Assembly (NCBI GenBank): GCA_965214775.1
Contig: OZ243974.1
Span: forward strand, 192,001 to 256,000
DNA length: 64,000 bases
Direction: 5' to 3'
Source of the DNA: Nitrosopumilus sp.
GTDB lineage: Archaea > Thermoproteota > Nitrososphaeria > Nitrososphaerales > Nitrosopumilaceae
The translations under genes were made by a program, and so were the position numbers. Below are positions 37,895 through 48,522 of this stretch, piece after piece (position 1 is the first letter of the stretch; each line of letters starts with the position of its first letter). Below the pieces are notes generated by a model. That model had not been told where the DNA came from. It was given only the letters and a program-made list of their open reading frames with translations, and made no database searches.

Positions 37895-40425
37895 AGATCA
37901 AAGTATCGTGCCCCGGGATGATGCACGACGATTGCGGCAGTGGATTGCTCTGGAATGATCTGTCCTGACTCAGTCAACGTCATGCCTGACTGCTCAGGAT
38001 GCAGTAATTTCCAGACAAGGTGGTGCTGTGAGACATCAGGGCAGCTCGAAAAGCCCCAGCTGTATCTAAGGCCGCCTTGCTGCAGACCCATCTCATTTTT
38101 GATTTTTTGGTTGACCCATTCAGCCAAGGCTTCTGCTACTTCAACTGCCAACCCGTGAAGATAGTATGCATCAGCGTACTTGTCTTCCTTGTTCCATTGC
38201 TCAATGATATCAACGACTCTGTTTCCTACGGTAACTGATTGGAATGCAACGATGTCGTCAGCTCCAAAATAATCAGCCAGACACAAATGCTCGGGCTTTG
38301 TTGAGCGAGGAAAGTCAAATTCGACGTTTCTGCCTTCAGGGTTTTCAACTGAAAGCTTCCCGTCCTTGTTTTGGCATCTGAAATACCCATAAACTATTTC
38401 AGGCTCAAAGAGTTTCTCGCGAGCTATCCGAGTCTTCCATTCACCTAGCAGTTGTTCGTGTTCTTCTCGGGATTCAGAGCCTGCCTTTCCCCTTAGGCCC
38501 CAGGAAAGCTTGAAGAGGGATCCTTTGTCAATCAGCTCCCAAACCTCGTCCATCTTGATTTGATCAGATTTGAGTCGAATCGGTTCTCCTATGTTCGAGA
38601 TTAAGGGAGGGGAAACCGGAACGACGTCGCTTTTTGGAAGGCTTGCGGGATCTACCGGAGCAGTTGCTGTCCTTTCCTTCCAGTTTTCAAGCTTTTCTTT
38701 CCAATCAGACAAAAGTTTTGGCTTTTCGTCCGAGATTAAAACATCCATTGTCTTTAGTCCTTCAAACATAGTGTTGCAGTAAAAGACGCCGGGTTCATAG
38801 ATGCCGCCCTGCTTTGCAATCCTGTTAATGTAGTTGCTGTTTATGGCAGCACCGCCGCACATTATTGGGATGTCCATGCTGTTTTTTCTTGCATGCTCTA
38901 CAAAGAGTTGCATCTGTTTTGACGTGGACACCAGCAATGCAGACAGGCCGACTGCATCAGGTTTGACCTCGTCAATCTTTTCCAGGAATTTTTGTAATGG
39001 TACTTGCTTGCCAAGATCATGTACCTCATAGCCGTTGTTTTGGAAGATTGTCTTTACGAGATTTTTTCCGATGTCATGGACATCGCCGTAAACTGTTCCC
39101 AGGACCAGCTTGCCCTTGCTGGTTCCCTCCTCTTTGAGCAGGTACTTTTCAAGTTCTCCAACTGCAGCCTTCATGCATTCAGCGGATTTCAGAACAAATG
39201 GCAGTATCAATTCCCCCGAACCAAACTTGTCGCCGACCTCCTTCATTGCCGGAAGCAGGTCGTCATTGAGGGTCTTGATTGCGCCATCGTGGGTTGTTTC
39301 TGGTGTCGCATCCAGAGTAAAATGGCCGTCAACCTCCTTTACGAGATCAGGTCTTCCCAAATTTTCGGCAATTGCGCAAAGGACGTCATTCTGAATGCCG
39401 TCCTTGAGCCTGTTTACAATTCTGAAATTGGCTCTTTTGCCTGCCGGCCACGAGGGATCAACGTCCGTATTCTTCCCAGCAGAACTGCCTTGAGGGCCTC
39501 CTCCTCTTCCTCCTCTTCCTCCCGCATTTTCAAAGTACGAAATCAAGTCAGAAAGAGCGCTTGGGTGAGAATTGTAGATCAAGTCTTCTGCAAGTCTTCT
39601 TTCCCTTTTGTCAATTTCCCCATAAGGAATAATCTCCTTGGCATTTACAATTACAGTGTCTAATCCGGCCTTGACTGCATGGTACAAAAATACAGAATTG
39701 AGAATTTTTCTTGCGTAAGGAACCAAACCAAAACTGATGTTGCTAAGGCCAAGAGTGGTAAATGATTGGGGGTATTTTTCCTTTACAAGCCTGATTCCTT
39801 CCAGAGTATTTTTTCCAGCGTCCAGAAACTCGTCTTCCCCTGTGGCTAGCGTAAAAGTCAAAACGTCAAAAATGAACTGTTCGATTTTCAACCCGTGTTT
39901 TTTTCCGGTTTCAAAAAGCAATTCAGCTGTTGCGACTTTTTGCTCGGGGGTTTTGGCCATTCCTTCAGGGCCAATGCACAATGCAATTGCAGGCAACCCG
40001 TATTTTGCCATAAGAGGCGCCAGCCTTTCAAATCTGCTTCCGTCGCCTTCCAGGTTTATCGAATTGATTATCGGCCTCCCGGGAATTTGCCGGACAGCAG
40101 AGTCAATTACGTCCGGATCAGTAGAGTCAATTACCAGCGGGGCGTCAATCTCCAAGCTCAGTCGCTTTACAAGATTTAGCATGAATTCTTTTTCGTCAGA
40201 ACGCTCAGTCGTTGCAACACAGACATCAAGACAATGTGCCCCGTCATCAACCTGAACTCTTCCAAGATCAACCAGACCGTCAAAATCATCCTCAAGTACC
40301 ATCTTTTTGGCTTTTCTAGAGCCCTGCGTGTTGATTCGTTCTCCAATGATTAATGGCGCAGGAGCCTGTTTTAGATCGACTGCTTTTAGTGCAGAACTGA
40401 CTCTAGGGGTGGTGGCTGTCAACAT
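37891..40425 (-). CDS. metH: B12-dependent methionine synthase (pterin, B12 and activation domains)
   Basis: IIGERIN, GDVHDIGKN, GLSALL, RYSWGFSSCPD. Confidence 0.92.
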   Translation of the reverse strand: MLTATTPRVSSALKAVDLKQAPAPLIIGERINTQGSRKAKKMVLEDDFDGLVDLGRVQVDDGAHCLDVCVATTERSDEKEFMLNLVKRLSLEIDAPLVIDSTDPDVIDSAVRQIPGRPIINSINLEGDGSRFERLAPLMAKYGLPAIALCIGPEGMAKTPEQKVATAELLFETGKKHGLKIEQFIFDVLTFTLATGEDEFLDAGKNTLEGIRLVKEKYPQSFTTLGLSNISFGLVPYARKILNSVFLYHAVKAGLDTVIVNAKEIIPYGEIDKRERRLAEDLIYNSHPSALSDLISYFENAGGRGGRGGGPQGSSAGKNTDVDPSWPAGKRANFRIVNRLKDGIQNDVLCAIAENLGRPDLVKEVDGHFTLDATPETTHDGAIKTLNDDLLPAMKEVGDKFGSGELILPFVLKSAECMKAAVGELEKYLLKEEGTSKGKLVLGTVYGDVHDIGKNLVKTIFQNNGYEVHDLGKQVPLQKFLEKIDEVKPDAVGLSALLVSTSKQMQLFVEHARKNSMDIPIMCGGAAINSNYINRIAKQGGIYEPGVFYCNTMFEGLKTMDVLISDEKPKLLSDWKEKLENWKERTATAPVDPASLPKSDVVPVSPPLISNIGEPIRLKSDQIKMDEVWELIDKGSLFKLSWGLRGKAGSESREEHEQLLGEWKTRIAREKLFEPEIVYGYFRCQNKDGKLSVENPEGRNVEFDFPRSTKPEHLCLADYFGADDIVAFQSVTVGNRVVDIIEQWNKEDKYADAYYLHGLAVEVAEALAEWVNQKIKNEMGLQQGGLRYSWGFSSCPDVSQHHLVWKLLHPEQSGMTLTESGQIIPEQSTAAIVVHHPGARYFDL

Positions 40426-40454
40426 TGTAGAATCGCCAAGGTTTTTCTAAATAC

Positions 40455-41441
40455 CTAACCCTTGAGAGAGTTGTCTTTTTCGTCAATTACTTTTCTTAGC
40501 TCTTTGATATGTTCAGGGCCCGTTCCACAGCATCCTCCAATTATTCGAACCTGGTCAAATTGCCTGAGAAAATCACCCAATGCCCTGCCCATGTTTTCGG
40601 GAGTCATTTTGTAGACTGCCTGGCCTCCCTCGTTTTCAGGCATGCCGGCATTTGGAACAACTAGGATGTTGTGCTCTTTTTGCTCATCTAGCCACTGAAC
40701 GCTGGGAGTCATCTCAATTGGGCCAGTTGAGCAGTTCAAACCAAAGACATCAATACCCATATCAGAGACTGTAGTGTATGCTGCCTGGATGTTTGTGCCA
40801 AGCAGCATCTTTCCGTATTGATCTAGCGTAGTATTTGCAATGATTGGGACATTTTTCCCGGTCTTTTTTATTGCCTCATGACACGCCTCAATTGCCAGTT
40901 TTACTTCCAAAATGTCCTGGCTGGTCTCGATCAGTAACGCATCGGCCCGGCCAAGGATTAGTCCCTCGGCCTGAAGCTCAAATGCATCCTTAATTTCATC
41001 TAGTGGTTTTTGTCCCAAATCAGGATCATCGGAGCTGGGTAGGAAACCAGAGGGGCCCATTGCGCCAATCACATATCTTGGCCTGTCAGAATATTCCTGT
41101 GCCGCCTCAAAAGCTAACGCCGCAATTTTTTTATTAAAATCAGTCGTCTGATCACCAAAGCCGTATTCATCTAATTTGATCTTGTTTGAGCCAAAAGAAT
41201 TTGTTTCAATGCAATCAGAACCGGCATCCAAATAATTCCTATGGATTTGCTTTATCCATTCAGGATGAGTCAACACCAAACCGTCGTTGAATCCGTCCTG
41301 GTTGTTAGGAAAATCTTCAGGTTTTGGATCATACTTTTGAATTTCAGTACCCATTGCGCCATCAAACAGCAATACTCTTGATCGGAGTGCCTGCAGAAAC
41401 GGTTCTTTGTCAGTCAATTTGATTTGAAAACAAATTAGCAC
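40455..41441 (-). CDS. Methionine synthase homocysteine S-methyltransferase subunit
   Basis: FDGAMGT, GLNCSTGP, IGGCCGT. Confidence 0.92.
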   Translation of the reverse strand: MLICFQIKLTDKEPFLQALRSRVLLFDGAMGTEIQKYDPKPEDFPNNQDGFNDGLVLTHPEWIKQIHRNYLDAGSDCIETNSFGSNKIKLDEYGFGDQTTDFNKKIAALAFEAAQEYSDRPRYVIGAMGPSGFLPSSDDPDLGQKPLDEIKDAFELQAEGLILGRADALLIETSQDILEVKLAIEACHEAIKKTGKNVPIIANTTLDQYGKMLLGTNIQAAYTTVSDMGIDVFGLNCSTGPIEMTPSVQWLDEQKEHNILVVPNAGMPENEGGQAVYKMTPENMGRALGDFLRQFDQVRIIGGCCGTGPEHIKELRKVIDEKDNSLKG

Positions 41442-41701
41442 AGTTTAACTCTTTTCTGAAAAATCATCGTGAAAAGAGGAGGGCATGTGCATGTTGAAAC
41501 TAGGCAGAGATGGTTCGTCGTACGCTTGTACAACATGCCACGACGGCAGTTACCGGAGATTTGCGGAAATTTTTTTAGACTTGTGCCTGAATTCTTCACG
41601 AGTACAACACCAGATCCGGTAGATTGAAGTGTAACCCACCCATCTGCCTGCCTACCCACCCACGGGTAAATCCTTACCTAAAGGCCAGAAGGCAACATCA
41701 T

Positions 41702-42460
41702 TTACCGCAATCCCCATCTGGACATTACTTTGTTTTCAACGCGCTTGAAAAGCACTCCATCAACAACCAGGCCAATTACCATGATAACAAGCATTATTGC
41801 AATTACCTGAGAAACGTCTGTCAGTGAACGGGCAGCATACAGCAAGTGACCCAATCCCAGGTATGCAAATAGCAGTTCGGCGCCAATTACGCCTCTCCAG
41901 GCAAATGCCCAGCCTTGCTTAAAGCCCGAAATCATGTATGGGAATGCAGCAGGTAACAGCACAGAAGTCACCAACTGGCTGCCTTTGGCACCCATGTTTC
42001 TGGCAGCCTCAATAAAGTGGGGATCAATATTCTTTACTCCCGTGTAGGTGTTGATTGTTACTGCAAAGATTGCACCGATTGCAACTACAAAGATAATTCC
42101 AGCGTCATTTAGCCCGTACCAGAGTATTGCCAACGGAACCCAGGCAATTGACGGAATTGATTGCAAGCCAAGAACCAGCGAACCGGCAGTTTGGTTGACG
42201 GCCTCGACTCTTGCCATAAAGACGCCAAGAATTATTCCCCCACAAATTGCAATTGCAAGGCCCACAACGAGCCTCCACATGCTCATGGCGGCCCCGTAAA
42301 AGAGGCTTCCGTCCATTGCAGTGTATGCCAAGTCTTCAGCTACTTCATAGGGAGATGGAAAGACGTTGGATGGCCATATTCCAATCATTGCAATGATCTG
42401 CCAGACGGCAACCAGTCCGACATAAAATGCAATTCTGTGAGGCGTGAAATTTTTCCCCAT
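41702..42460 (-). CDS. ABC permease (SsuC/TauC-like)
   Basis: QSIPSIAW, EAARNMGA loop. Confidence 0.9.
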   Translation of the reverse strand: MGKNFTPHRIAFYVGLVAVWQIIAMIGIWPSNVFPSPYEVAEDLAYTAMDGSLFYGAAMSMWRLVVGLAIAICGGIILGVFMARVEAVNQTAGSLVLGLQSIPSIAWVPLAILWYGLNDAGIIFVVAIGAIFAVTINTYTGVKNIDPHFIEAARNMGAKGSQLVTSVLLPAAFPYMISGFKQGWAFAWRGVIGAELLFAYLGLGHLLYAARSLTDVSQVIAIMLVIMVIGLVVDGVLFKRVENKVMSRWGLR

Positions 42461-42465
42461 TTTGA

Positions 42466-43230
42466 CTACTCCTTTGCCTTCTTTACCTCTGGTCTAAGTT
42501 CTAAAAGAATGTCTTGTTGGAGTTGTAGCAGGGATTCATCCTCTACAACTCTGGGTCTCGGAGAATCATTGCTGACTTCTTTTTTGATTGATGACGGTCT
42601 GTTGCTAAATATCGCAACTTTGGTTCCCAGCACAGCGGCTTCGGCCACATTATGTGTTACAAACAAAATTGTTTTCTTTGTCTTTTCCCAGATTAATTGC
42701 ATTTCAACTAAAAGCAGATCGCGAGTCTGCGCATCTAGTGCGGCAAACGGCTCATCCATCAACAACACGTCAGGATCCATTACGAGTGCACGGGCAATGG
42801 CCACACGCTGTTTCATTCCCGTAGACAGCTGATAGGTGTAAGAATCTGCAAATTTTGTCAATTGCATCATGTCAAGATACCTGTTTGAAATCTTTGCTCT
42901 CTCTTCTTTTGGAATTCCAGCCATCTTGAGGCCAAATTCCACGTTGTCTTGAACCTTAAGCCATGGAAACAATGCGCCCTCCTGAAATACCATAATTCTC
43001 TCAGGGCCAGTTTCAGTTACCGGACGCCCATCAAAGAGAATCTGTCCCTCGTCTGGCGTTTCAAGGCCCGCCACTATGCGTAAAAACGTGGATTTGCCAC
43101 AGCCAGAAGGACCCACCAAACATACAAAGTCTCCGGCCTCCACCTTGAGGTTTATTCCGCCCAGCGCCTTGAGCTCGTGAGACTTGTGAGAGAAATACTT
43201 GACGATGTTTTTTGCCTCAAGTTTTGTCAT
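42466..43230 (-). CDS. ABC ATPase (SsuB/TauB-like)
   Basis: GPSGCGKS, LSTGMKQR, LLMDEPF; start at MTKLEAK. Confidence 0.9.
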   Translation of the reverse strand: MTKLEAKNIVKYFSHKSHELKALGGINLKVEAGDFVCLVGPSGCGKSTFLRIVAGLETPDEGQILFDGRPVTETGPERIMVFQEGALFPWLKVQDNVEFGLKMAGIPKEERAKISNRYLDMMQLTKFADSYTYQLSTGMKQRVAIARALVMDPDVLLMDEPFAALDAQTRDLLLVEMQLIWEKTKKTILFVTHNVAEAAVLGTKVAIFSNRPSSIKKEVSNDSPRPRVVEDESLLQLQQDILLELRPEVKKAKE

Positions 43231-44281
43231 CTGTGTCAGCTCCTCTTCTTTCTTCCTCTTCTTCTTCGTCCTCCTCAACAGAATCTGGACCATGATAAAA
43301 GATTTCAGAAATGTCGTATCCGTTTCTTCCCAAATAGCCCAAAGAATCTGCCTGTTTTGCAAACGTATGGATCGAATCAGGCAAAGGGTCATCAGTTATC
43401 TGAAGATTGGACAATGCAGTATCGACGATTTCATCAGGGAGAGGCTGGCCCAAATATGACTTTAAGAATGCGTTGAAAACGTTTCTTGCCTCTATAGGAT
43501 TTTCATTAATCCATCGTACTGTACTGTGATGCGATTGCAAAAAGTTTGAAGCAGTTTCAGGGTTGTCTTTTACATAATCGGCATTCCCAATAACTAAGAC
43601 AGATGCAAATTGTCCATCAGGCCACAAGTCCTCCTCGTGGAACAGTCTTTTTCCGTTCAGCTCAGTTTCCAAAATGGTGGCCCAGGGCTCTGCAACCCAT
43701 GCCCCATCGACATCGCCTTTTACAAACAGGGTGTAAATGTCAGGATTGGGAATGTTGTACACGGTAACAGAGCCCCCTTTTTCCTTTGGCTGCAATCCGT
43801 TTTCAGAAAGGTAGTTTCTCAATGAAACGTCTTGCGTGTTTCCTATTTGAGGAGCGGCAATCCTCTTTCCTGCAAAGTCAGATGCGGCAGCAATATCAGA
43901 GTTTGGATGGACGATAAAACTTGCACCTCCGCTTGCAGCGCCTGCAAGAATTTTCACGTTTTTGTTTTGGGAGTTAAGATGGCCGTTAATTGCAGGTCCA
44001 GGACCAACATATGCAATATCTATGGAATTGGAAAATAACGATTCAATGGCTTGGGGCCCGCTGTCAAACACCCTAGTCTCAATCCTAACATCAGGGCCAA
44101 CCTCGCCGGCAAAGTGTCCTTGTTCTACTCCAACAACAGGCACCGCATGCCCAATATTTGGAAAATACGCAATTCGAAGCTTGCCTTCATGTGTGGTGTC
44201 ACTAGAATTTAGTACAACACCAAATGCAGATAGTGCTGCAATCCCTACAATTCCGGCAACAATTGCCGATCTGGCATTCAT
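43217..44281 (-). CDS. ABC substrate-binding protein (SsuA-like)
   Basis: LRIAYFPNIGHA, YVGPGPA, GNTQDV, AEPWA. Confidence 0.88.
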   Translation of the reverse strand: MNARSAIVAGIVGIAALSAFGVVLNSSDTTHEGKLRIAYFPNIGHAVPVVGVEQGHFAGEVGPDVRIETRVFDSGPQAIESLFSNSIDIAYVGPGPAINGHLNSQNKNVKILAGAASGGASFIVHPNSDIAAASDFAGKRIAAPQIGNTQDVSLRNYLSENGLQPKEKGGSVTVYNIPNPDIYTLFVKGDVDGAWVAEPWATILETELNGKRLFHEEDLWPDGQFASVLVIGNADYVKDNPETASNFLQSHHSTVRWINENPIEARNVFNAFLKSYLGQPLPDEIVDTALSNLQITDDPLPDSIHTFAKQADSLGYLGRNGYDISEIFYHGPDSVEEDEEEEEERRGADTDDKT

Positions 44282-44414
44282 AAAACAGCGTTATATTTGG
44301 CGGTTAAATAATCATCGAATTTTAGCTCAAGCTAGCCAGACAAATTTTCAAAACACGCATCAAAATCCAGCCTAGCACAAAAGATAAATTCCAAAGTACG
44401 ACGGAAAAGATGTT

Positions 44415-45617
44415 TTGACTCAAAAAGGAATTCTTGCATTTTCCGGAGGACTAGACACGTCAGTTGCTGTAAAGTATCTTCAGGACGAGTACGGCATGGA
44501 CGTAATTACAGTTACAGTCGACGTAGGCCAGGGCGATGACAGTAAAAAAATTGCAGCCAAGGCAAAAAAGCTAGGAGTAAGAAAGCACTACAGCATTGAT
44601 GCAAGAAAGGAATTTGTCAAAGACTATGTTTTTCCATCAATTAAGGCAAATGCGCTGTATCAGAAAAAATATTGCCTTGCAACAGCCCTTGCAAGACCGC
44701 TAATTGCTCAAAAAGTCTTAGAGATTGCTAAAAAAGAAAAGGCAACGGTGCTTGCACACGGATGTTCTGGAAAAGGAAACGACCAGGTACGGTTTGACAT
44801 CACGCTACGTTCAGGTTCCAACCTGCCAATCATTGCACCAATCAGAGACAGGAATCTGGACAGAGTGACAGAGCTGAAATTTGCAAAAAAGCACGGCATT
44901 GAAATTGAAGACGTTGCAAAGAAATTCAGCATTGATCAAAACCTGTGGGGACGTGCAATTGAAGGCGGAGTGTTAGAGGATCCTTACAATGAACCGCCAG
45001 ACAGCGCGTTTATTTGGGTTAAAACAGAAAGCCTTCCGGAAAAACCAACCTACATCGAAATCAAGTTTGAAAGAGGAATTCCTGTTGCAGTTGACGGCAA
45101 AACAATGGAACCAGTCAGACTGGTAGAGCATCTCAATAAAAAGGCAGGTGAGGCAGGTGTCGGAATCGTTGATCATATAGAGGACAGGGTTGTCGGAATC
45201 AAATCACGCGAAGTGTACGAAACGCCTGCTGCAGCCTGCCTCATTGAGGCACATGCAGACTTGGAGAAGATGGTTCATACAAAGCATGAAAACAAATTCA
45301 AATCCCTGATTGATGAGGAGTGGTCCTACCTGGTATATTCAGGACTCTGGCAGGATCCGCTAAAGGCAGATTTGGACGGGTTTATCGAGGCATCTCAAAA
45401 ACCAGTATCAGGCACAGTCAGACTCAGGCTATACAAGGGAGGTCTAAGGGTAGTCGGAAGAAAGTCAAAGAACCACTCTTTGTACAGCCGTGAAATTGCC
45501 ACTTATGGAACAGAATCAACGTTTGATCAGAGACTGGCCAAGGGATTCGTCGAACTGTGGGGAATGCAGTCAACAGAAGCTAATAAATTACAAAAGAAAA
45601 GGTCAACAAAAACATGA
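44415..45617 (+). CDS. argG: Argininosuccinate synthase
   Basis: AFSGGLDTS, HGCSGKGNDQVRF, GIKSREVYE. Confidence 0.95.
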   Translation: MTQKGILAFSGGLDTSVAVKYLQDEYGMDVITVTVDVGQGDDSKKIAAKAKKLGVRKHYSIDARKEFVKDYVFPSIKANALYQKKYCLATALARPLIAQKVLEIAKKEKATVLAHGCSGKGNDQVRFDITLRSGSNLPIIAPIRDRNLDRVTELKFAKKHGIEIEDVAKKFSIDQNLWGRAIEGGVLEDPYNEPPDSAFIWVKTESLPEKPTYIEIKFERGIPVAVDGKTMEPVRLVEHLNKKAGEAGVGIVDHIEDRVVGIKSREVYETPAAACLIEAHADLEKMVHTKHENKFKSLIDEEWSYLVYSGLWQDPLKADLDGFIEASQKPVSGTVRLRLYKGGLRVVGRKSKNHSLYSREIATYGTESTFDQRLAKGFVELWGMQSTEANKLQKKRSTKT

Positions 45618-45781
45618 ACTGCCCAGAATGTGACGCAGCACTGAACATCCCAGAAGATGCCGCCGTAGGAGAGATCATCTCCTGTCCTGATTGTGGAGCT
45701 GACTATGAAATCGCAAAGAAAGAAGGATCAAATGTTGAGCTGAAACAAGCAGAAAGCGTAGGCGAAGACTGGGGAGAGTAA
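45614..45781 (+). CDS. lysW: Amino-group carrier protein LysW/ArgW
   Basis: MNCPECD...CPDCG...VGEDWGE* (not in the ORF track). Confidence 0.92.
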   Translation: MNCPECDAALNIPEDAAVGEIISCPDCGADYEIAKKEGSNVELKQAESVGEDWGE

Positions 45782-46641
45782 TGTCAAAAGTCTGTATTGT
45801 GTTTGACCGCCTAAGATCAGAAGAGAAGATGCTGCAAAAAGAGGCATCAGAGCTCGGACACGATGCAGTTATGCTGGATGCAAAGATCACCCAAGTAAAC
45901 ACAGACAGCAAGAAAGAGGATTACGATCTTGGGGATGTTGTTTTGGAACGATGTGTCAGTTATTTTAGAGGGTTGCACTTTACATCAAGCTTGGAGTTTA
46001 TGGACATTCCTGTTCTCAACAGGTTTGATGTTGCAAGCCTCTGCGGAAACAAGATGTTCATGACTTTGCTTTTGAAAAAGAACAACATTCCGACGCCCAA
46101 GACATACTTTTCGTTTTCAAGTGACAGCGCATCTGAGAATTTGGAAAAAGTCGGATACCCGCTTGTCATCAAGCCCGTAATTGGGAGCTGGGGCAGGGGA
46201 GTAATGCCAATTCAGGACAAGGATACAATGGAGGCAATAGTCGAAGTAAGGGAAATTACGGACAGCCCGCACGACAGAATCTACTATCTGCAAGAGATGA
46301 TCAGCAGGCCTCAAAGAGACATCAGGGTGATCACAGTAGGGGACGAGCCTGTTGCTGCAATGTACAGAAAGTCTTCAGGAGGATTCAAGACCAACATCGC
46401 ATCAGGTGCCGAGCCTGAGATCTGTGAGACTACAAAGGAGATGGAGGATCTGGCCTCAAAGGCCTCAAAGGCGATGGGCGGAGGAATTCTTGGAATCGAC
46501 ATGATGGAAGATGAGAAAAGAGGGGGACTGGTCGTTCACGAAGTAAACAATACGGTAGAATTCAAAGGACTGGCAAGAGTTGCCAAACGTAACATTCCAA
46601 AAGAAATGATAGAATTTGCCCTAAACTACGTTAGGAAATAA
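45781..46641 (+). CDS. argX: LysW ligase (ArgX/LysX, ATP-grasp)
   Basis: ERCVSY, KPVIGSWGR, HEVNNTVEF; position after argG suggests ArgX. Confidence 0.8.
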   Translation: MSKVCIVFDRLRSEEKMLQKEASELGHDAVMLDAKITQVNTDSKKEDYDLGDVVLERCVSYFRGLHFTSSLEFMDIPVLNRFDVASLCGNKMFMTLLLKKNNIPTPKTYFSFSSDSASENLEKVGYPLVIKPVIGSWGRGVMPIQDKDTMEAIVEVREITDSPHDRIYYLQEMISRPQRDIRVITVGDEPVAAMYRKSSGGFKTNIASGAEPEICETTKEMEDLASKASKAMGGGILGIDMMEDEKRGGLVVHEVNNTVEFKGLARVAKRNIPKEMIEFALNYVRK

Positions 46642-46669
46642 ATTACACTCATTTGTGAGGGGGTTTATC

Positions 46670-47716
46670 ATGAAAGTAGGTGTTGTCGGAGCTTCAGGAT
46701 ACGTAGGTGGGGAGACATTGCGTCTTCTAGTAAACCACCCAAAAGTCGAGATATCGATGGTGACATCAAGACAACACGTAGGAGAATACCTTCACAGGGT
46801 CCAGCCAAGTTTGAAGGGATTTACCGATCTTACATTCTCAGAATTGGATTATGACAAGCTGACTGACAGGTGTGATCTTGTTTTTACGGCAGTTCCACAC
46901 GGAACGGCAACTGAAATTGTAAAGGCACTGTACGACAGGGGGGTCAAAATCATTGATCTGAGTGCAGACTACAGACTGCACGATCAGGACGCATATGACA
47001 AATGGTACGGATGGAAACATCCACATCCGGATTATCTTAAAAAATCCGTCTTTGGGGTGCCAGAATTGCACAGAGACGAGATCAAAAAGGCACAACTAGT
47101 CTCATGTCCAGGATGCATGGCCGTAACCTCAATGCTGGCCCTTGCGCCACTAGTCAGAGACAGCATCATCGATACTGAACATATCGTTGTTGATTCTAAA
47201 ATCGGTTCGTCTGGCGCAGGTTCCGGCTCAGGTACTGCACATGCAATGAGGGCAGGCGTCATCAGGCCATACAAGCCAGCAAAGCACAGGCACACCGGAG
47301 AGATTGAACAGGAATTAAGCAAGATAGCCGGAAGAAGGATCAATGTTTCAATGAGCCCGCACGCAGTCGACGTGGTAAGAGGAATCCTGTGTACAAACCA
47401 TACGTTCATGGAAAAGGATGTTGATGAAAAAGAACTGTGGAGGCTGTACCGTCAAGCCTATGGCGAAGAAAAGTTTGTCAGGTTAATCAGGGACAAGAAA
47501 GGGCTGTACAAATTCCCAGACCCAAAATTCCTAGTCGGCTCTAATTTCTGCGACATTGGATTTGATTTAGATCATGACAATCAAAGATTAATTGCGTTAT
47601 CTGCATCAGACAACCTTATGAAGGGTGCTGCAGGATCGGCCGTTCAAAACATGAATGTAATGTGCGGCTTTGACGAGATGGACGGACTTAGATACACCCC
47701 GCTGACTCCTGTTTAG
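46670..47716 (+). CDS. lysY: LysW-gamma-phosphate reductase
   Basis: GASGYVG, SCPGC, SSGAG, DNLMKGAAG (ArgC family). Confidence 0.9.
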   Translation: MKVGVVGASGYVGGETLRLLVNHPKVEISMVTSRQHVGEYLHRVQPSLKGFTDLTFSELDYDKLTDRCDLVFTAVPHGTATEIVKALYDRGVKIIDLSADYRLHDQDAYDKWYGWKHPHPDYLKKSVFGVPELHRDEIKKAQLVSCPGCMAVTSMLALAPLVRDSIIDTEHIVVDSKIGSSGAGSGSGTAHAMRAGVIRPYKPAKHRHTGEIEQELSKIAGRRINVSMSPHAVDVVRGILCTNHTFMEKDVDEKELWRLYRQAYGEEKFVRLIRDKKGLYKFPDPKFLVGSNFCDIGFDLDHDNQRLIALSASDNLMKGAAGSAVQNMNVMCGFDEMDGLRYTPLTPV

Positions 47717-47718
47717 AA

Positions 47719-48522
47719 ATGATTACTGTCAAAATAGGCGGAAGTGTGGTAGACGACTTGCATCCATCGACAATTGCAGACATCAAAAGGGTTGCGGGAT
47801 CCGAAGGAATGATTTTGGTTCATGGCGGCGGAAAGGAAGTCACCAAAGTCTGCAAACAGCTTGGAAAAGAGCCAAGGTTTGTCACATCGCCCAGCGGAAT
47901 CAAAAGCAGATACACGGACAAAGAGACTGCGGAAATCTTCACCATGGTAATGTCTGGAAGAATCAACAAGGCCATCGTTCAGATGCTTCAAAAAAACGGA
48001 ATCAATGCCGTAGGACTTTCAGGGATAGATGCCAAAGCAATCAAGGCAGACAGAAAAAAGAGGCTTCTCATCGTAAATGAAAAGGGCAGAAAGCAGGCAA
48101 TTGATGGAGGATATACTGGAAAGATCAAAGAGGTGAACTCTGCATTCATAAAGTCATTGCTTGATCAGGGCCTTACGCCGGTAATTTCACCCATAGCAAT
48201 CAGCGAGGAATCAGAGTTCCTCAACGTGGATGGGGACAGAGCTGCGGCATATGTCGCAGGCAGTGTTGGCAGTGACAAGGTGCTATTCATTACAAACGTA
48301 GACGGACTACTTATGGATGATCAGGTAGTTTCAAAACTGACATTGGCCCAAGCAAAAGAGATCAGGCCAAAAGTCGGCCCGGGAATGGAAAAAAAGATTC
48401 TTGCATCTGCCGAGGCGTTGGACATGGGCGTCAGGCAGGCGTTTATTGCAAGCGGACAGAGGGAAAACCCGGTCTCTTCGGCAATCTCAGGCAACAGGTG
48501 TACGGTGATAGAGCATGAGTGA
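47719..48522 (+). CDS. lysZ: LysW-aminoadipate/glutamate kinase
   Basis: VKIGG, VHGGG, LNVDGDRAA. Confidence 0.9.
   Translation: MITVKIGGSVVDDLHPSTIADIKRVAGSEGMILVHGGGKEVTKVCKQLGKEPRFVTSPSGIKSRYTDKETAEIFTMVMSGRINKAIVQMLQKNGINAVGLSGIDAKAIKADRKKRLLIVNEKGRKQAIDGGYTGKIKEVNSAFIKSLLDQGLTPVISPIAISEESEFLNVDGDRAAAYVAGSVGSDKVLFITNVDGLLMDDQVVSKLTLAQAKEIRPKVGPGMEKKILASAEALDMGVRQAFIASGQRENPVSSAISGNRCTVIEHE

Noticed and set aside
41441-41700. Cobalamin/SAM riboswitch upstream of methionine synthase
   Set aside because: No B12-box or SAM consensus seen. Only a weak inverted repeat (TAGGCAG...CTGCCTA, ~41501-41654), possibly a decayed MITE.
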